From the NCBI GenBank assembly GCA_964016885.1, contig OZ024742.1:185504001-185568000 (forward strand): DNA of 64,000 nt, in the 5' to 3' direction. Under the pieces are notes generated by a model that did no database searches, was not told the origin of the DNA, and worked only from the letters and a program-made list of their open reading frames with translations. Each line of letters begins with the position of its first letter. The first letter of the stretch is position 1. Source of the DNA: Eledone cirrhosa (taxonomy: Eukaryota). Positions 63,656 through 64,000 of this stretch are shown here, one piece after another. Position numbers and translations under genes: made by a program.

Positions 63656-64000
63656 TGGGATTCTTTTCTTTGTTTTGTGCCTCTCCTTTGTTCTGTCCTA
63701 CGCCATCTTGTTTTTGTGTGTGTGTTGTGTGCTTAGTTTGCGCATGTGTTACATCCGGTGTCTGTGTGTGTTTTTATTTGTTTATTTATTTGTTTATTTA
63801 CATGTTACTAGTTAGTTGTTTGTTCTATGTGTGTGTGTTTCATTTTGTCCTTAATTGTAAGTTGTGATGTTGCTATTTCATGTTTTCTATTTAATTTTGG
63901 TTGGAGTTCATTTATGTTTATTGCCTCTGTGATTTGTTTAAACATTGCGTCTTTGCTGCGTGTAGATTTTATTTTTATTTCTATGTTCTCTAATTTGCCC

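Overview
AT-rich, repeat-dense animal genomic DNA. The SINE families and abundant (TA)n suggest a cephalopod such as Octopus, but this is inference. The window contains three minus-strand coding exons of a ceramide kinase-like (CERKL/CERK family) gene (30486-30785, 23077-23208, 19409-19475) separated by very large introns. The introns hold a decayed CR1-like LINE, several RTE LINE fragments, many tRNA-derived SINEs, two minisatellite arrays (12.1-17.3 kb and 17.9-19.0 kb) and an 18.5-kb GT-rich 15-mer satellite with higher-order repeats. The most striking signal is invisible in the ORF track: about 15 type-I hammerhead ribozyme (HHR) motifs, intact or degenerate, from roughly 10 sequence-distinct families. 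They sit in short tandem or inverted cassettes inserted in (TA)n microsatellites, and one lies next to a Penelope-type GIY-YIG endonuclease remnant. Many have palindromic (dimer-type) stem III and unusual 10.1-11.1 closing positions (U-U, A-A). Several are in the same orientation as the host gene. All RNA structures were folded by eye. Repeat boundaries are approximate.
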